A stretch of DNA of 64,000 nt, from assembly GCA_036340075.1 (NCBI GenBank), contig JAYYZJ010000005.1:101980-165979 (forward strand), written 5' to 3'. Position numbers and translations under genes: made by a program. This DNA comes from Thermodesulfobacteriota bacterium (GTDB lineage Bacteria; Desulfobacterota_D; UBA1144). The notes under the pieces were generated by a model that was given only the letters and a program-made list of their open reading frames with translations, was not told the origin of the DNA and searched no databases. This document shows, piece after piece, positions 10,163 through 22,738 of this stretch (the first letter of the stretch is position 1; each line of letters starts with the position of its first letter).

Positions 10163-10452
10163 TGCCTAAGTATATAATGTTAAGTAATCTAACGGACGAA
10201 GGAAGAAAAACAGTAAAAATGCGTCCGGAAAGAATAAAAGAAGTTAATAATGAAATAGAAAAAATGGGAGCAAAAGTCCTAGAACAGTATGCGGTTCTCG
10301 GTGAATATGATTTTATCAATATTTTAGAGGCTCCAAACAATGAAACAATTTCAAAAATATCAATTGAGCTAGGTTCTAGAGGAACGATTCAATTTATAAC
10401 TTTAGCAGCAATGCCAATTGATGAGCTAGAAACTACTTTAGCATCTAAATAA
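10162..10452 (+). CDS. GYD-domain protein
   Basis: 96 aa. Shows GYD-family features (GEYDF motif). Confidence 0.55.
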   Translation: MPKYIMLSNLTDEGRKTVKMRPERIKEVNNEIEKMGAKVLEQYAVLGEYDFINILEAPNNETISKISIELGSRGTIQFITLAAMPIDELETTLASK

Positions 10453-10464
10453 ATCAATAGATTC

Positions 10465-11856
10465 TTATTCAAATGGAAAAGCCAAGTCAGCCACTATGCC
10501 GTTATGTACATATTTTTTAATATTTCCCGAATTTGGCAAAAGTATCCCTAGTCCAAAACTAACCTTATTCTGTATCCTAAAATTCAATGAGGACATTGTA
10601 TCTATAGGTGTGTTTTTCTCTGTAATTTGATCAATCATTTTAAAATTATAAGATAGCAAATAAGCAGAATTTTGTGATTTAAAGAGACTTATTTTGGCAT
10701 CATAAACAAGAAAATTTTCTTCTCTTTCTCCGCTATAATTATCTGAATTAAAAAAGTTTTCCGAAGACATGCCAACGCTGAGATACTTGGATGCAATCTC
10801 TCCACCAGTAGTAACAACTGTCGCATCATGAAGAGTGTCCTTTAAAAAAAATGTATTAGAGTACAATTTTTCCAGTCTATTTTTAGAATCATCCCATATT
10901 GTAGAAGTTGGGAAATTAACACTCAAAATACCAGAAAACGTTAAAATATTATTTGAATATATCATTTTTTTAATTCCTGATTTCATATTTCCTATTTCGA
11001 AACCATTGTCCACGACCTCATAATTTTTGTCATTACCGTCATATGCGCCTGCCCATGGAAACGATAGGAAAAAACTAAAATCTTTGGCAGTATTTGAAAA
11101 TTCAGCATCAACAAAATAAAAAATATCCGAACCTCCTCCTCTATATTGTTTTACATCAAAGAAATAAGTTCTGAATCTAAACAAATTACTGTAGGATCCA
11201 TTATTAGCAAGTAAGCTATATTCAGTATTGGAATAATCTTTATCGGAATACTTAAAAGGTTTATATATCATAAAAGATCCAGTCAATGGATTAAAGAAAC
11301 CAATATCTCCTTCTCTAAGAAAAATCTTCGCGGGATTTATGATATAGGACAAAGTCTTATTAAATTTACTAGGAGACTCTTCGAGCTTTTTATTAACTTT
11401 TTCAAAATATATACCCAAAGGAATCCCAAGACCGGGAGTAATCAATAAATCTATTGTTGATGGCTTTTCTACAGTGCCTTCTATAGCAAATTCCCACAAA
11501 GAGCTTTGAAGAATTGTTCCTAAGTAAGCTTGGTTATCGCTATAACCTAAGTCTTTGTAAACTTGATAATATAAAGCGCCAAAATAAGGATGATAAACAT
11601 AATTTGTAAGAAAACCATCTCCATCATTCCATTCGGGATTGATTATATTTTTCCCCCATTTCTTTGCACTAGTATCAAAAATTTTACTATCTTTGTTTCT
11701 TACATAAAGAATTCTTCCAGCCCACATAAAGTAATGTATATTCAATGAATCTTCTAGAAAGGTTCTATTGTCAACTTCTTTATTCTCTTCTGAAAATATA
11801 GGAATTGTAGAAAATATGAATATTAGAATTGCAAAAATAATTCTCATAAAAATCAC
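10465..11856 (-). CDS. secreted or outer-membrane protein of unknown function (signal peptide, beta-rich)
   Basis: N-terminal signal peptide (IFAILIFIFSTIPIFS). Rich in Y/F/N/S/G alternations typical of beta-barrel or beta-rich proteins. Overlaps the upstream GT4 gene by 4 nt. Confidence 0.55.
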   Translation of the reverse strand: MIFMRIIFAILIFIFSTIPIFSEENKEVDNRTFLEDSLNIHYFMWAGRILYVRNKDSKIFDTSAKKWGKNIINPEWNDGDGFLTNYVYHPYFGALYYQVYKDLGYSDNQAYLGTILQSSLWEFAIEGTVEKPSTIDLLITPGLGIPLGIYFEKVNKKLEESPSKFNKTLSYIINPAKIFLREGDIGFFNPLTGSFMIYKPFKYSDKDYSNTEYSLLANNGSYSNLFRFRTYFFDVKQYRGGGSDIFYFVDAEFSNTAKDFSFFLSFPWAGAYDGNDKNYEVVDNGFEIGNMKSGIKKMIYSNNILTFSGILSVNFPTSTIWDDSKNRLEKLYSNTFFLKDTLHDATVVTTGGEIASKYLSVGMSSENFFNSDNYSGEREENFLVYDAKISLFKSQNSAYLLSYNFKMIDQITEKNTPIDTMSSLNFRIQNKVSFGLGILLPNSGNIKKYVHNGIVADLAFPFE

Positions 11857-12968
11857 TTTAACCCTGAAAGAATTTTTTTAGCTCTATTTTCCCAGCTAAA
11901 ATCTTTTGATAATTCAAAAGCTTCGTTTGATAGCTGTTCTCTTTTTTCTGGGTTGTCCAATAAAATCTGTACAGAATCTTTAATCTCTTTGTAAGAATCT
12001 GGATTTACTAATAAAGCATTCTTGTTATTTTTTAATATATTAACAAAGGATGGTAAGTCAGAAGCAATAATTGGTTTCTTTGCAGATAAATATTCAAACA
12101 ATTTAATTGGGGAAGAAAAACTAGAAGCTACCTGATCTCCTTTTATCGTAAAATCAGAATCATAAGGAATTAAGAGTATGTCTGAAATCATAAGGTAATT
12201 TGGGATTTCAACATGAGGAACATGATTAGTAAAAAATATATTTCTTTCTTCTGTAATTAATCTTTTGTATTTCAAATTATCTTCTTTTTCTCCACCAATT
12301 ACTAAGAAGTAAATATTTTTGTAATCTTTTGCTAGTCGAATAATTTTCTCAATTCCTCTACCCTTATAGGTGTTCCCTACATATGAAATGACTTTTACAT
12401 CTATAGGTATATTTAATTGATTCTTAAATTTAATATATTCCTCATTTGGTTTAAAGTCTTGGATGTTTACTCCATTGTTAAGAACCTGAAATTTTTTATT
12501 GCTTTCCTTGTCTATCGCATTTCTTGTTCCTTCAGAATTACAAATTATTTTTAATATATTTTTAGACTCAACAAATCTTTTAATTGCGATTCTAGAAAAT
12601 AGATTTACCGGCGGGTGATGTATGTCTACAATAATATTATTCTTCAAGTAAGAGGCAAGAAAAGCAAAAGTAATATTTCTTGTAACAATACAATCGTAAT
12701 CACCCAAAGTTAGAACTTTAAAGAACGAAGATACTCCATGAAAGAAATGTCTCTTTGGTCCTTTTAAAAATCCCATAGAAGGATAAATTTTAAAATTTTT
12801 CTTTATTCCATAATAAGAAAAAAATTTATCTATTCGATCAGAAGAAATTGGAAGCATTAACGTGACTTCTTCGCCTATTTTTGAAAAAGCTTCACACATT
12901 CTAGCTACATGTATTGCGCTAGCGCCCTCGGTAAACACCTCTGGACTACCTATATAATATATTTTCAC
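11853..12968 (-). CDS. glycosyltransferase family 1 (GT4)
   Basis: 371 aa. C-terminal EYLSAKKPIIASDLPS motif (the E-x7-E region of GT4 enzymes) and a GT-B fold length. Confidence 0.8.
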   Translation of the reverse strand: MKIYYIGSPEVFTEGASAIHVARMCEAFSKIGEEVTLMLPISSDRIDKFFSYYGIKKNFKIYPSMGFLKGPKRHFFHGVSSFFKVLTLGDYDCIVTRNITFAFLASYLKNNIIVDIHHPPVNLFSRIAIKRFVESKNILKIICNSEGTRNAIDKESNKKFQVLNNGVNIQDFKPNEEYIKFKNQLNIPIDVKVISYVGNTYKGRGIEKIIRLAKDYKNIYFLVIGGEKEDNLKYKRLITEERNIFFTNHVPHVEIPNYLMISDILLIPYDSDFTIKGDQVASSFSSPIKLFEYLSAKKPIIASDLPSFVNILKNNKNALLVNPDSYKEIKDSVQILLDNPEKREQLSNEAFELSKDFSWENRAKKILSGLK

Positions 12969-13034
12969 TATTTATATATTATTGATTAATTGATTAATAA
13001 ACAATATTTAATTAAGATTTGATATTAGACGAAT

Positions 13035-14339
13035 ATGAAAATCGTAAAAGGCTTTAGAGACATAACACCATTTGGAAAGAATCCTACAGAGACTTCTTCT
13101 TATTGGAACTATATAGTTAAAAATCTTAAAGATACTATGGATATCTATAACTTTTCCGAAATTATTACTCCTGTATTGGAGCATACTTCAACATTTAAAA
13201 CAGGTATAGGATCAGATACAGATATAGTTTCTAAAGAAATGTATGAATTTTCTCTAAGAAATCAAGAGAAAGAGGATGTTTCTTATTGCTTAAGACCTGA
13301 AGGTACAGCCCCAATAGTTAGAAGTTATATTGAAAATTCTTTATATAAATTAAAAAAAATAAACAAACTTTTTTATTTAGGTCCTATGTATAGATATGAA
13401 AGATCCCAAAAGGGCCGCTATAGATTGTTTCATCAAGTAGGAGTTGAACTTCTTGGCTCAAATGAGATTTACCATGAAGTTGAAATTTTACATTTAGCAA
13501 AAGATTTATTGGAAAAAGTAGAAATTGAAGATTATGTATTTCAAATTAATTCAATAGGTGATTCCTCTTCCTTAAAAAAAATATCTTCCGCAGTAAAAGA
13601 ATTTGGAACAAAACATAAGCAGTCAATTGAAAAAAGTGATTTTGAAATCCTAGAAAAAAATCCTTTAAGATTTCTTGATAAGGCAATTCATAAATACAAT
13701 TTCGATAACATACCTAATACATCTGATTATGTTTCTGCCTATTCTTTAAAAAGATTTAAAGAATTAAAAAGAATTTTGGATGATTTAGGCTTCCCTTACA
13801 AAGAAAATAATCAATTAATACGAGGGATAGACTACTATAATGATTTTGTATTTGAAGCTACTTCATCTAGTCTTGGATCTCAAGATGCTATACTTGCAGG
13901 CGGAAGATATGATGCGCTGGTAGAAAACTTGGGTGGTCCACCTACAAAAGCTATTGGTTTTGCAGCCGGAATTGAGAGAATGCTCCTACTAATACAGGAA
14001 AGACTCAAAGAAATTGATTCTAATACCGACTCCAATGAAATAGATTTTTATATAGCATATCAAAATTCAGATTTTCTAGAGTATTCATTTAAAATTGCTA
14101 ATGAACTACGAAGAAATGGTTTTAAAGTTGAGATAGAATATGACAATAAAAGCTTTGTAAAACAAATGAAATCTGCTAACAAGCTTTCCTCTCGATATGT
14201 TGCTATAATTGGTGAAGAAGAACATAAGAATTCTACGGTAAGAATTAAGAACATGTCTACAGGTGATGAAAAATTAGTGGATTTGGATTCAGAGTTTATA
14301 GACGTACTAATAGAAGAGATGTCTTCTTCATTAAGTTAA
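13035..14339 (+). CDS. hisS: histidine--tRNA ligase
   Basis: Class II aaRS motifs (LRPEGTAP, FHQVGVELLG, GGRYDALVENLGG) plus a C-terminal anticodon-binding domain. The anticodon-binding domain argues HisS rather than HisZ. Confidence 0.85.
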   Translation: MKIVKGFRDITPFGKNPTETSSYWNYIVKNLKDTMDIYNFSEIITPVLEHTSTFKTGIGSDTDIVSKEMYEFSLRNQEKEDVSYCLRPEGTAPIVRSYIENSLYKLKKINKLFYLGPMYRYERSQKGRYRLFHQVGVELLGSNEIYHEVEILHLAKDLLEKVEIEDYVFQINSIGDSSSLKKISSAVKEFGTKHKQSIEKSDFEILEKNPLRFLDKAIHKYNFDNIPNTSDYVSAYSLKRFKELKRILDDLGFPYKENNQLIRGIDYYNDFVFEATSSSLGSQDAILAGGRYDALVENLGGPPTKAIGFAAGIERMLLLIQERLKEIDSNTDSNEIDFYIAYQNSDFLEYSFKIANELRRNGFKVEIEYDNKSFVKQMKSANKLSSRYVAIIGEEEHKNSTVRIKNMSTGDEKLVDLDSEFIDVLIEEMSSSLS

Positions 14340-14378
14340 TTTTTGAAATCTATATAATCCACTTATGAGTTAATAAAA

Positions 14379-15584
14379 ATGAGCAATAAGAAATTTTTTT
14401 ACGGTTGGATTATAGTTGTTGCTGGGGTTATGTTGGTTTACCTTGATGGGCTACTTCTCTATTCTTTTGGAGTGCTTTTGCCATCGATACAAGAAAAATT
14501 TGATTTGACGAAAGCATTAGTTAATTCAATCTTCGCGGTTCGATGTCTCGTGTTTGCTTTTTCAATGGTAGTTTTTGGAAGATTAATCGACAGACATAAA
14601 CCTGAAAAAATTATCTTTTTAGGTGGCATCATATGCGCCTTAGGCCTTTTCCTAACAGCATATTCCGAAACTAAAATTGCTCTATTTATCAATTATGGCA
14701 TATTGCCTGGAATTGGTGATGGAGCTTTTTACATTCCGGCAGTAGCTATAGCACAAAGATGGTTCAATAAAAGGAGAGACTTTGTTGTCGGAATTATTAC
14801 AGCCGGAGTGCCAATTAGTGGATTAACCATTAGTCCTTTATCCGCATTCATACTCGACAATGCTTCTTTAGAATCAACCCTAATATGTTTGGCAATAATT
14901 GCATTCATTTTTTCATTCGCAGCATTTCTAATGAAAGAAAGCCCTGAGGAATTAGGTTTAGAACCATACGGTGGGCCCTTCCCTGCACAAAAAAAACACG
15001 AATCAAATGCTTGGTCAACAATTGAGGCAGTAAAAACGGTTCCCTTTTTTATTCTTTATTTGTTAATGATTTTTGGGATGTTGGCTTTTTTAATCGTCAT
15101 AACACTACAATTTGATTATGCTCTAAGCAAAAATCTTGGTCTACTAGCTGCTTCAGCAGCGCCAGCAGCAATTGCTGTTGGTAGTTTATGCGGTAGATTG
15201 GTAACAGGATACTTAGCTGAATTTACACATAGGGTCAAGATTCTTTTTTTGGTTTTTCTCGGCCAGGGTCTATCAATTTTAATAATAATCAATGCCAATG
15301 ATATTCTATCGTACATCATATTCGGAATCATATTTGGTTTCTGTTATGGTGGCTGGATTCCTATCTTTCCAAGTAAGCTCAAGGATTTTTTTGGAACAGC
15401 CAATGCCGGGCAAATCTTTGGTGTATTTGGAACAAGTTTTTCGATTTCTGCCATAATTGGCCCTCCTTTGGCAGGCTTTCTTGTAGACCAATTTGATACA
15501 TATTTGTATGGATTATATTTTTCCATGACTGTATGCTTAATTGGCGCATCTATAGCATTGTTTGTTAGAAAACCTATAAAATAG
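14379..15584 (+). CDS. MFS transporter
   Basis: 401 aa, about 12 TM. GRLIDRHKP-type loop between TM2 and TM3. Confidence 0.75.
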   Translation: MSNKKFFYGWIIVVAGVMLVYLDGLLLYSFGVLLPSIQEKFDLTKALVNSIFAVRCLVFAFSMVVFGRLIDRHKPEKIIFLGGIICALGLFLTAYSETKIALFINYGILPGIGDGAFYIPAVAIAQRWFNKRRDFVVGIITAGVPISGLTISPLSAFILDNASLESTLICLAIIAFIFSFAAFLMKESPEELGLEPYGGPFPAQKKHESNAWSTIEAVKTVPFFILYLLMIFGMLAFLIVITLQFDYALSKNLGLLAASAAPAAIAVGSLCGRLVTGYLAEFTHRVKILFLVFLGQGLSILIIINANDILSYIIFGIIFGFCYGGWIPIFPSKLKDFFGTANAGQIFGVFGTSFSISAIIGPPLAGFLVDQFDTYLYGLYFSMTVCLIGASIALFVRKPIK

Positions 15585-15608
15585 TTTTTTTTAATTTATA
15601 ATAAAATT

Positions 15609-15800
15609 ATGTTTGGATTAGGTTTTACTGAGATACTTTTTGTTCTTATTGTCTTTATATTACTTTTCGGACCTGACGAAGTTCCAAAAATTGCTAAAAA
15701 ATGCAGTAAATTTTATAGAGATGTAATTAATATAAAAGAAGACTTAAACCGATCAGTAAATGAAGAAATTAATGATATAAAAAAAACAGTTGAAAAATAA
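15609..15800 (+). CDS. tatA: twin-arginine translocase TatA/E-family protein
   Basis: 63 aa. MFGLGFTEILFVLIVFILLFGPDEVPK matches the TatA consensus (G-x-x-E, FGP-x-K-LP). Confidence 0.7.
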   Translation: MFGLGFTEILFVLIVFILLFGPDEVPKIAKKCSKFYRDVINIKEDLNRSVNEEINDIKKTVEK

Positions 15801-18317
<2,517 letters not shown>

Positions 18318-18333
18318 CTAGTTTAATAAAAGT

Positions 18334-18894
18334 CTAATCTTTCATTCTTGGCAAAGTAATTCCTGTTTGACTTTGATACTTGCCCTTCTTGTCTGCATAT
18401 GATGTTTCACATTCCTCGTCACTCTCAAAAAATAGAACTTGAGCTATTCCTTCATTAGCATAAATCTTAGCAGGAAGAGGAGTTGTGTTAGAAATTTCAA
18501 GAGTAACATAGCCTTCCCATTCCGGCTCAAACGGAGTCACATTAACTATTATACCACATCTTGCATACGTAGACTTACCTACACATACCGTGACTGTACT
18601 TCTAGGAATTCTAAAATACTCCACTGTTCTAGCTAGTGCAAAAGAATTTGGAGGAATAATGCATTCTTTATCGACTATGGTTACAAATGACTTCTCATCA
18701 AAATTCTTCGGATCAACAACTGTATTAAAAACGTCCGTAAAAACTTTAAATTCATCACTAACCCTAATGTCATATCCATATGATGAAACCCCATAAGAAA
18801 TTGCACCTTGAGTTGTTTGTTTGTCTACAAATGGCTCTATCATTCCATTCTCTAGTGCCATCTTTTTAATCCAATGATCTGGTCTTATGCTCAT
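18334..18894 (-). CDS. dcd: dCTP deaminase
   Basis: 186 aa. [13 protein letters not shown]...GMIEPF N-terminus and a dUTPase-like fold length. Confidence 0.85.
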   Translation of the reverse strand: MSIRPDHWIKKMALENGMIEPFVDKQTTQGAISYGVSSYGYDIRVSDEFKVFTDVFNTVVDPKNFDEKSFVTIVDKECIIPPNSFALARTVEYFRIPRSTVTVCVGKSTYARCGIIVNVTPFEPEWEGYVTLEISNTTPLPAKIYANEGIAQVLFFESDEECETSYADKKGKYQSQTGITLPRMKD

Positions 18895-18909
18895 AAAAAC
18901 CTCCTAGTT

Positions 18910-19896
18910 TCAAAACTGACCAAGAAACTGTAAATCGTTTTGGTAAAAATATCTAATATCTGTAATTCCATGCTTAATCATAGCTAGCCTTTCTATCCCA
19001 ACACCAAAAGCAATGCCGGAAAATTCATTCGGATCATATCCTACATAATTAAAGACTTTGGGATTTACCATCCCACAACCTAGAACCTCCATCCAAGTTT
19101 TATTTCCGGATTTATCTGTCCATTCAATATCTAATTCAGCGCTTGGCTCTGTAAATGGGAAATAACTGGGTCTAAACCTAATCTTAATTTCTTTTCCAAA
19201 AAATCTTGAACAAAATTCAATCAATATTCCTTTTAGCTCTGCAAATGTTACTTCTTTGTCAACCAATAATCCTTCAACTTGATGAAACATAGGTGTATGA
19301 GTCACATCGCTATCACATCTATAAACTTTCCCAGGAGATATGATTTTAATTGGTGGATTATTCTTTTCCATCACTCTTATTTGCATAGGTGATGTATGAG
19401 TACGAAGCAGTTTGTCTTTATCAAGATAAAAAGTATCTTGCATATCTCTTGCAGGATGATTCTTTGGAATGTTTAAAGATTCAAAATTATAATAGTCTGT
19501 TTCAATCTCGGGTCCCTCTGTAACTTCAAAACCAAAATCTGTAAAAATGCCTATAACATCTGAAAGAACCTGAGATATTGGATGAATGCTACCAAGGTCT
19601 ATACCTCTAGAAGGTAAAGTGACATCAATTTTTTCGTCCTTTAATTTATTATTGATATCATCAATTTTTATTTGTCTAAATTTTTCGTCTATAAGTGATT
19701 CAATCTCTTTTTTTAAACTATTAATTTTTTGACCTTGAATTTTCTTGTCTTCAATAGATAAATCCTTTAAAGAATTAGTCAAAAGAGTTATTTCCCCTTT
19801 CTTTCCAAGATACTTTGATTTTATGTTCAAAAGTTCATTTTCAGTAGAAACTTTAGTTAAATCTTTGACAAGCTTTTTTATCTGATTATCAGACAT
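18910..19896 (-). CDS. pheS: phenylalanine--tRNA ligase alpha subunit
   Basis: 328 aa. Class II motifs (FRPSYFPFTEPS, GCGMVNP, GFAFGVGIERLAM). Confidence 0.9.
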   Translation of the reverse strand: MSDNQIKKLVKDLTKVSTENELLNIKSKYLGKKGEITLLTNSLKDLSIEDKKIQGQKINSLKKEIESLIDEKFRQIKIDDINNKLKDEKIDVTLPSRGIDLGSIHPISQVLSDVIGIFTDFGFEVTEGPEIETDYYNFESLNIPKNHPARDMQDTFYLDKDKLLRTHTSPMQIRVMEKNNPPIKIISPGKVYRCDSDVTHTPMFHQVEGLLVDKEVTFAELKGILIEFCSRFFGKEIKIRFRPSYFPFTEPSAELDIEWTDKSGNKTWMEVLGCGMVNPKVFNYVGYDPNEFSGIAFGVGIERLAMIKHGITDIRYFYQNDLQFLGQF

Positions 19897-20788
19897 TCTT
19901 TTCTATTTTACCTCGATACAAGTAATACATAATATATGGTGCAAAAAGAATTGAAGAATACGTACCAATTGTTACACCAATAATCATAATAAGTGCAAAA
20001 TCTTCAATTTCAACACCTCCAAAGAAATAGAGTGGTACAAGAACTATAAGAACAGTTAATACAGTTAGAACTGTACGAGATAATGTTTGAAAAATACTTG
20101 TATCAATTATCTCACTTAAAGGCAACTTAGTTATTTTCATATTTTCTCTTACTCTATCAAAAATCACTATAGTATCATTTACTGAGTAACCAATAACAGT
20201 TAATAACGCTGCAATAGTAGCAAGAGTAATCTCTACATTTAAATATGTAATCAGAGTAGTAGTAATTATAAAGTCATGAAACAATGCTATTACAGCAGCT
20301 ATAGCAAAACTAAAGCTAAATCTAATGAATACGTAAATTAGAATTGCAAGCGAACCAAAAATTATGGAATAAATACCATTTTGTATCAACTCTTTTCCAA
20401 CTTTAGGTCCAATAAAATCTATTCTACTTATAGAATATGAATTAGAAGAAAAATTATTATCAACAACCTCTTTTAGTGAATCCTTGTATTGATTAGGTTT
20501 TGAGATTTCTTTCTCATCATTTACTGGAAGCCTAATTAAAAATTCCTTATCTTTTCCGTATTCTTGAATTGAAATATTTGAAAATCCTGATTCAGTAAAA
20601 CTTTTCCTTATTTGATCAATTTCCACATTATCTTCAAATTTTATAACAACTTCGGTCCCACCCATAAATTCTATACCATAATCTAATCCTTCTCTGTTGA
20701 TGTGGTAAAGACTTAGAATGATTAACACCATAGAAACAAAAAAAGTTATTTTCATAGAACGAAAGAAACTAAACTTCATTTTTACCAC
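19889..20788 (-). CDS. secF: protein translocase subunit SecF
   Basis: 299 aa. Six TM segments and the conserved SecF core (GYSVNDTIVIFDRVREN). Confidence 0.85.
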   Translation of the reverse strand: MVKMKFSFFRSMKITFFVSMVLIILSLYHINREGLDYGIEFMGGTEVVIKFEDNVEIDQIRKSFTESGFSNISIQEYGKDKEFLIRLPVNDEKEISKPNQYKDSLKEVVDNNFSSNSYSISRIDFIGPKVGKELIQNGIYSIIFGSLAILIYVFIRFSFSFAIAAVIALFHDFIITTTLITYLNVEITLATIAALLTVIGYSVNDTIVIFDRVRENMKITKLPLSEIIDTSIFQTLSRTVLTVLTVLIVLVPLYFFGGVEIEDFALIMIIGVTIGTYSSILFAPYIMYYLYRGKIEKNV

Positions 20789-22358
20789 CTGATAAAGATT
20801 CTGGATTAATTAGAGACTTAGTTAAGACTCTAGTAAATACTATATTAGAGAATATTGTGGAGAAAATTCCTATAGAAAGCGTCACCGCAAATCCTTTAAT
20901 TGGTCCATCCCCAAGAAGAAACATGCAAATAGATGCAATAAGAGTTGTAAAATTGGCATCAAGTATCGTTGATAGAGATTTTTCAAAACCAGCTTCTATA
21001 CTAGCTGCTTTCTCTTTTCCTTTAGAAAGCTCTTCTTTGATTCTCTCATAAATTATAATATTTCCATCAACAGCCATACCTAAAGTTAAGACAAGTCCAG
21101 CTATTCCTGGGAAAGTTAGAGTAACACCAAAGACTGAAAGTAATCCAAAGATACAAATAAAATTAAAAATTAGAGCTAAGTTACATACCACTCCTAGTCT
21201 CCTATAATAAAGAAGTATAAAAATAAATATGAAAAAGGCAGCAAAAATCATAGATGTTTTACCTTTGCTAATTGAATCTGAACCAAGAGATGGCCCTATT
21301 GTCTTTTCTTGCATAATAGATACAGGAATCGGCAGAGAACCTGATTTTAATATGATTGCTAAATCATTAGCTTGTTCAAAAGAAAAATTTCCAGTAATAC
21401 TCCCTCTGCTAAATATTTGATCCTGGACTATCGGTGAAGACTTGACCTTATCATCAAGTACAATAGCAATCTTGTTGCCTATATTTTCTTTGGTAAGCTG
21501 AGAAAAAATTCTTGTACCTTCTGAATTCAACTTAAAAGCTACATAAGCCCTATTGAATTCATCGTATGCAACAGAAGCATCAACAATTGTAGAGCCCCGA
21601 AGCGGTGAGGAACTCTTAGTTACAATAAATTCTTTTTCTTTAGATAAATAATCCTGTATCTCGTATATTTTGAAGCTATCTTTATTGTCTTTTAATTTAT
21701 ATTTTGAAATAAGAAATTCTCTACTAGGGGATTGTTCAATAACGGGCTTGAACTCAAGCATAGCAGTTTTTGAAATAATTCCTAAAATTCTTTCTCTTTG
21801 TTTAGAATCTACACCTGGTATTTGAATTGCAATTCTATCGCTTCCTGATAGCTGAACTGAGGATTCGACTACCCCAAACTGATCTATACGATTAGACAAA
21901 ATATCTTTGACTTGCTGCAACAATTTCTTTTTTGTATCAGCAATAAATTCATCTGATAATTTTATTTTTACTATGTTGTCAGATTGATTAATTAAATAAG
22001 AGGACTTCTTTGATAATATATCATAAGCACTTTTTGCACTTTTTTTATCATAGAAGTTGATTTGTATTTCATTTCTATTAGACATAGTACTTCTAAGTAA
22101 GATGTTCTTGTCTAAGATAGAATCTTTGATTCTTTGTTCTTCTTTTGAGGAAATAATTGATTCTGAACTTCCTTCATCCAAACCCATAACAACAAAAACG
22201 CCACCCCTCAAATCCAATCCCAAGTTAATTTTCTTCTCTGGGAAAACAAATCTCCACCAATTAGGTAGCTTGTTAAAATTAAAAGTTGGATATATAAAAG
22301 CTAAAGATAGCAAAAATACTACTAAAGACAGAATTCTAAAAATCTTTAATCTACTCAT
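20769..22358 (-). CDS. secD: protein translocase subunit SecD
   Basis: 529 aa. Large periplasmic domain plus a C-terminal 6-TM module ([30 protein letters not shown]). Confidence 0.85.
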   Translation of the reverse strand: [529 protein letters not shown]

Positions 22359-22363
22359 AAATC

Positions 22364-22738
22364 TTAGCTCTTATTTTTTATTGTTTCATTTATTGAATTA
22401 ATAAATTCTTTCTTAATTTTAATATTAACTCCCTTTGAAATTTCTAAAGTAAAAATGTCGCTATCATTAATATCAATTATTTTCCCAATTATACCCCCAT
22501 TGGTCAGAATCTCGTCTCCCTTCTTTAAAGAATTAAGCATTGTCTCTCTTTCCTTTTGCTGTTTACCTTGAGGCCGAATAATTAAAAAATAAAAAAGAAT
22601 AATTATAAATGCAAAAGGTAGGAAGGGTCCTACTATTCCCAGAACTCCACCGCCCCCTTCTGATGGTGGGGGTGCACAAGATACTAGAAATATCATGCAA
22701 CTAAAATATATATATAATAATTTTTTATGTTTCTTCAT
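22364..22738 (-). CDS. yajC: preprotein translocase subunit YajC (with lipoprotein-like N-terminal extension)
   Basis: The YajC core (FLPFAFIIILFYFLIIRPQ...GDEILTNGGIIGKI) is preceded by a lipobox-like LVSC signal. Confidence 0.7.
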   Translation of the reverse strand: MKKHKKLLYIYFSCMIFLVSCAPPPSEGGGGVLGIVGPFLPFAFIIILFYFLIIRPQGKQQKERETMLNSLKKGDEILTNGGIIGKIIDINDSDIFTLEISKGVNIKIKKEFINSINETIKNKS

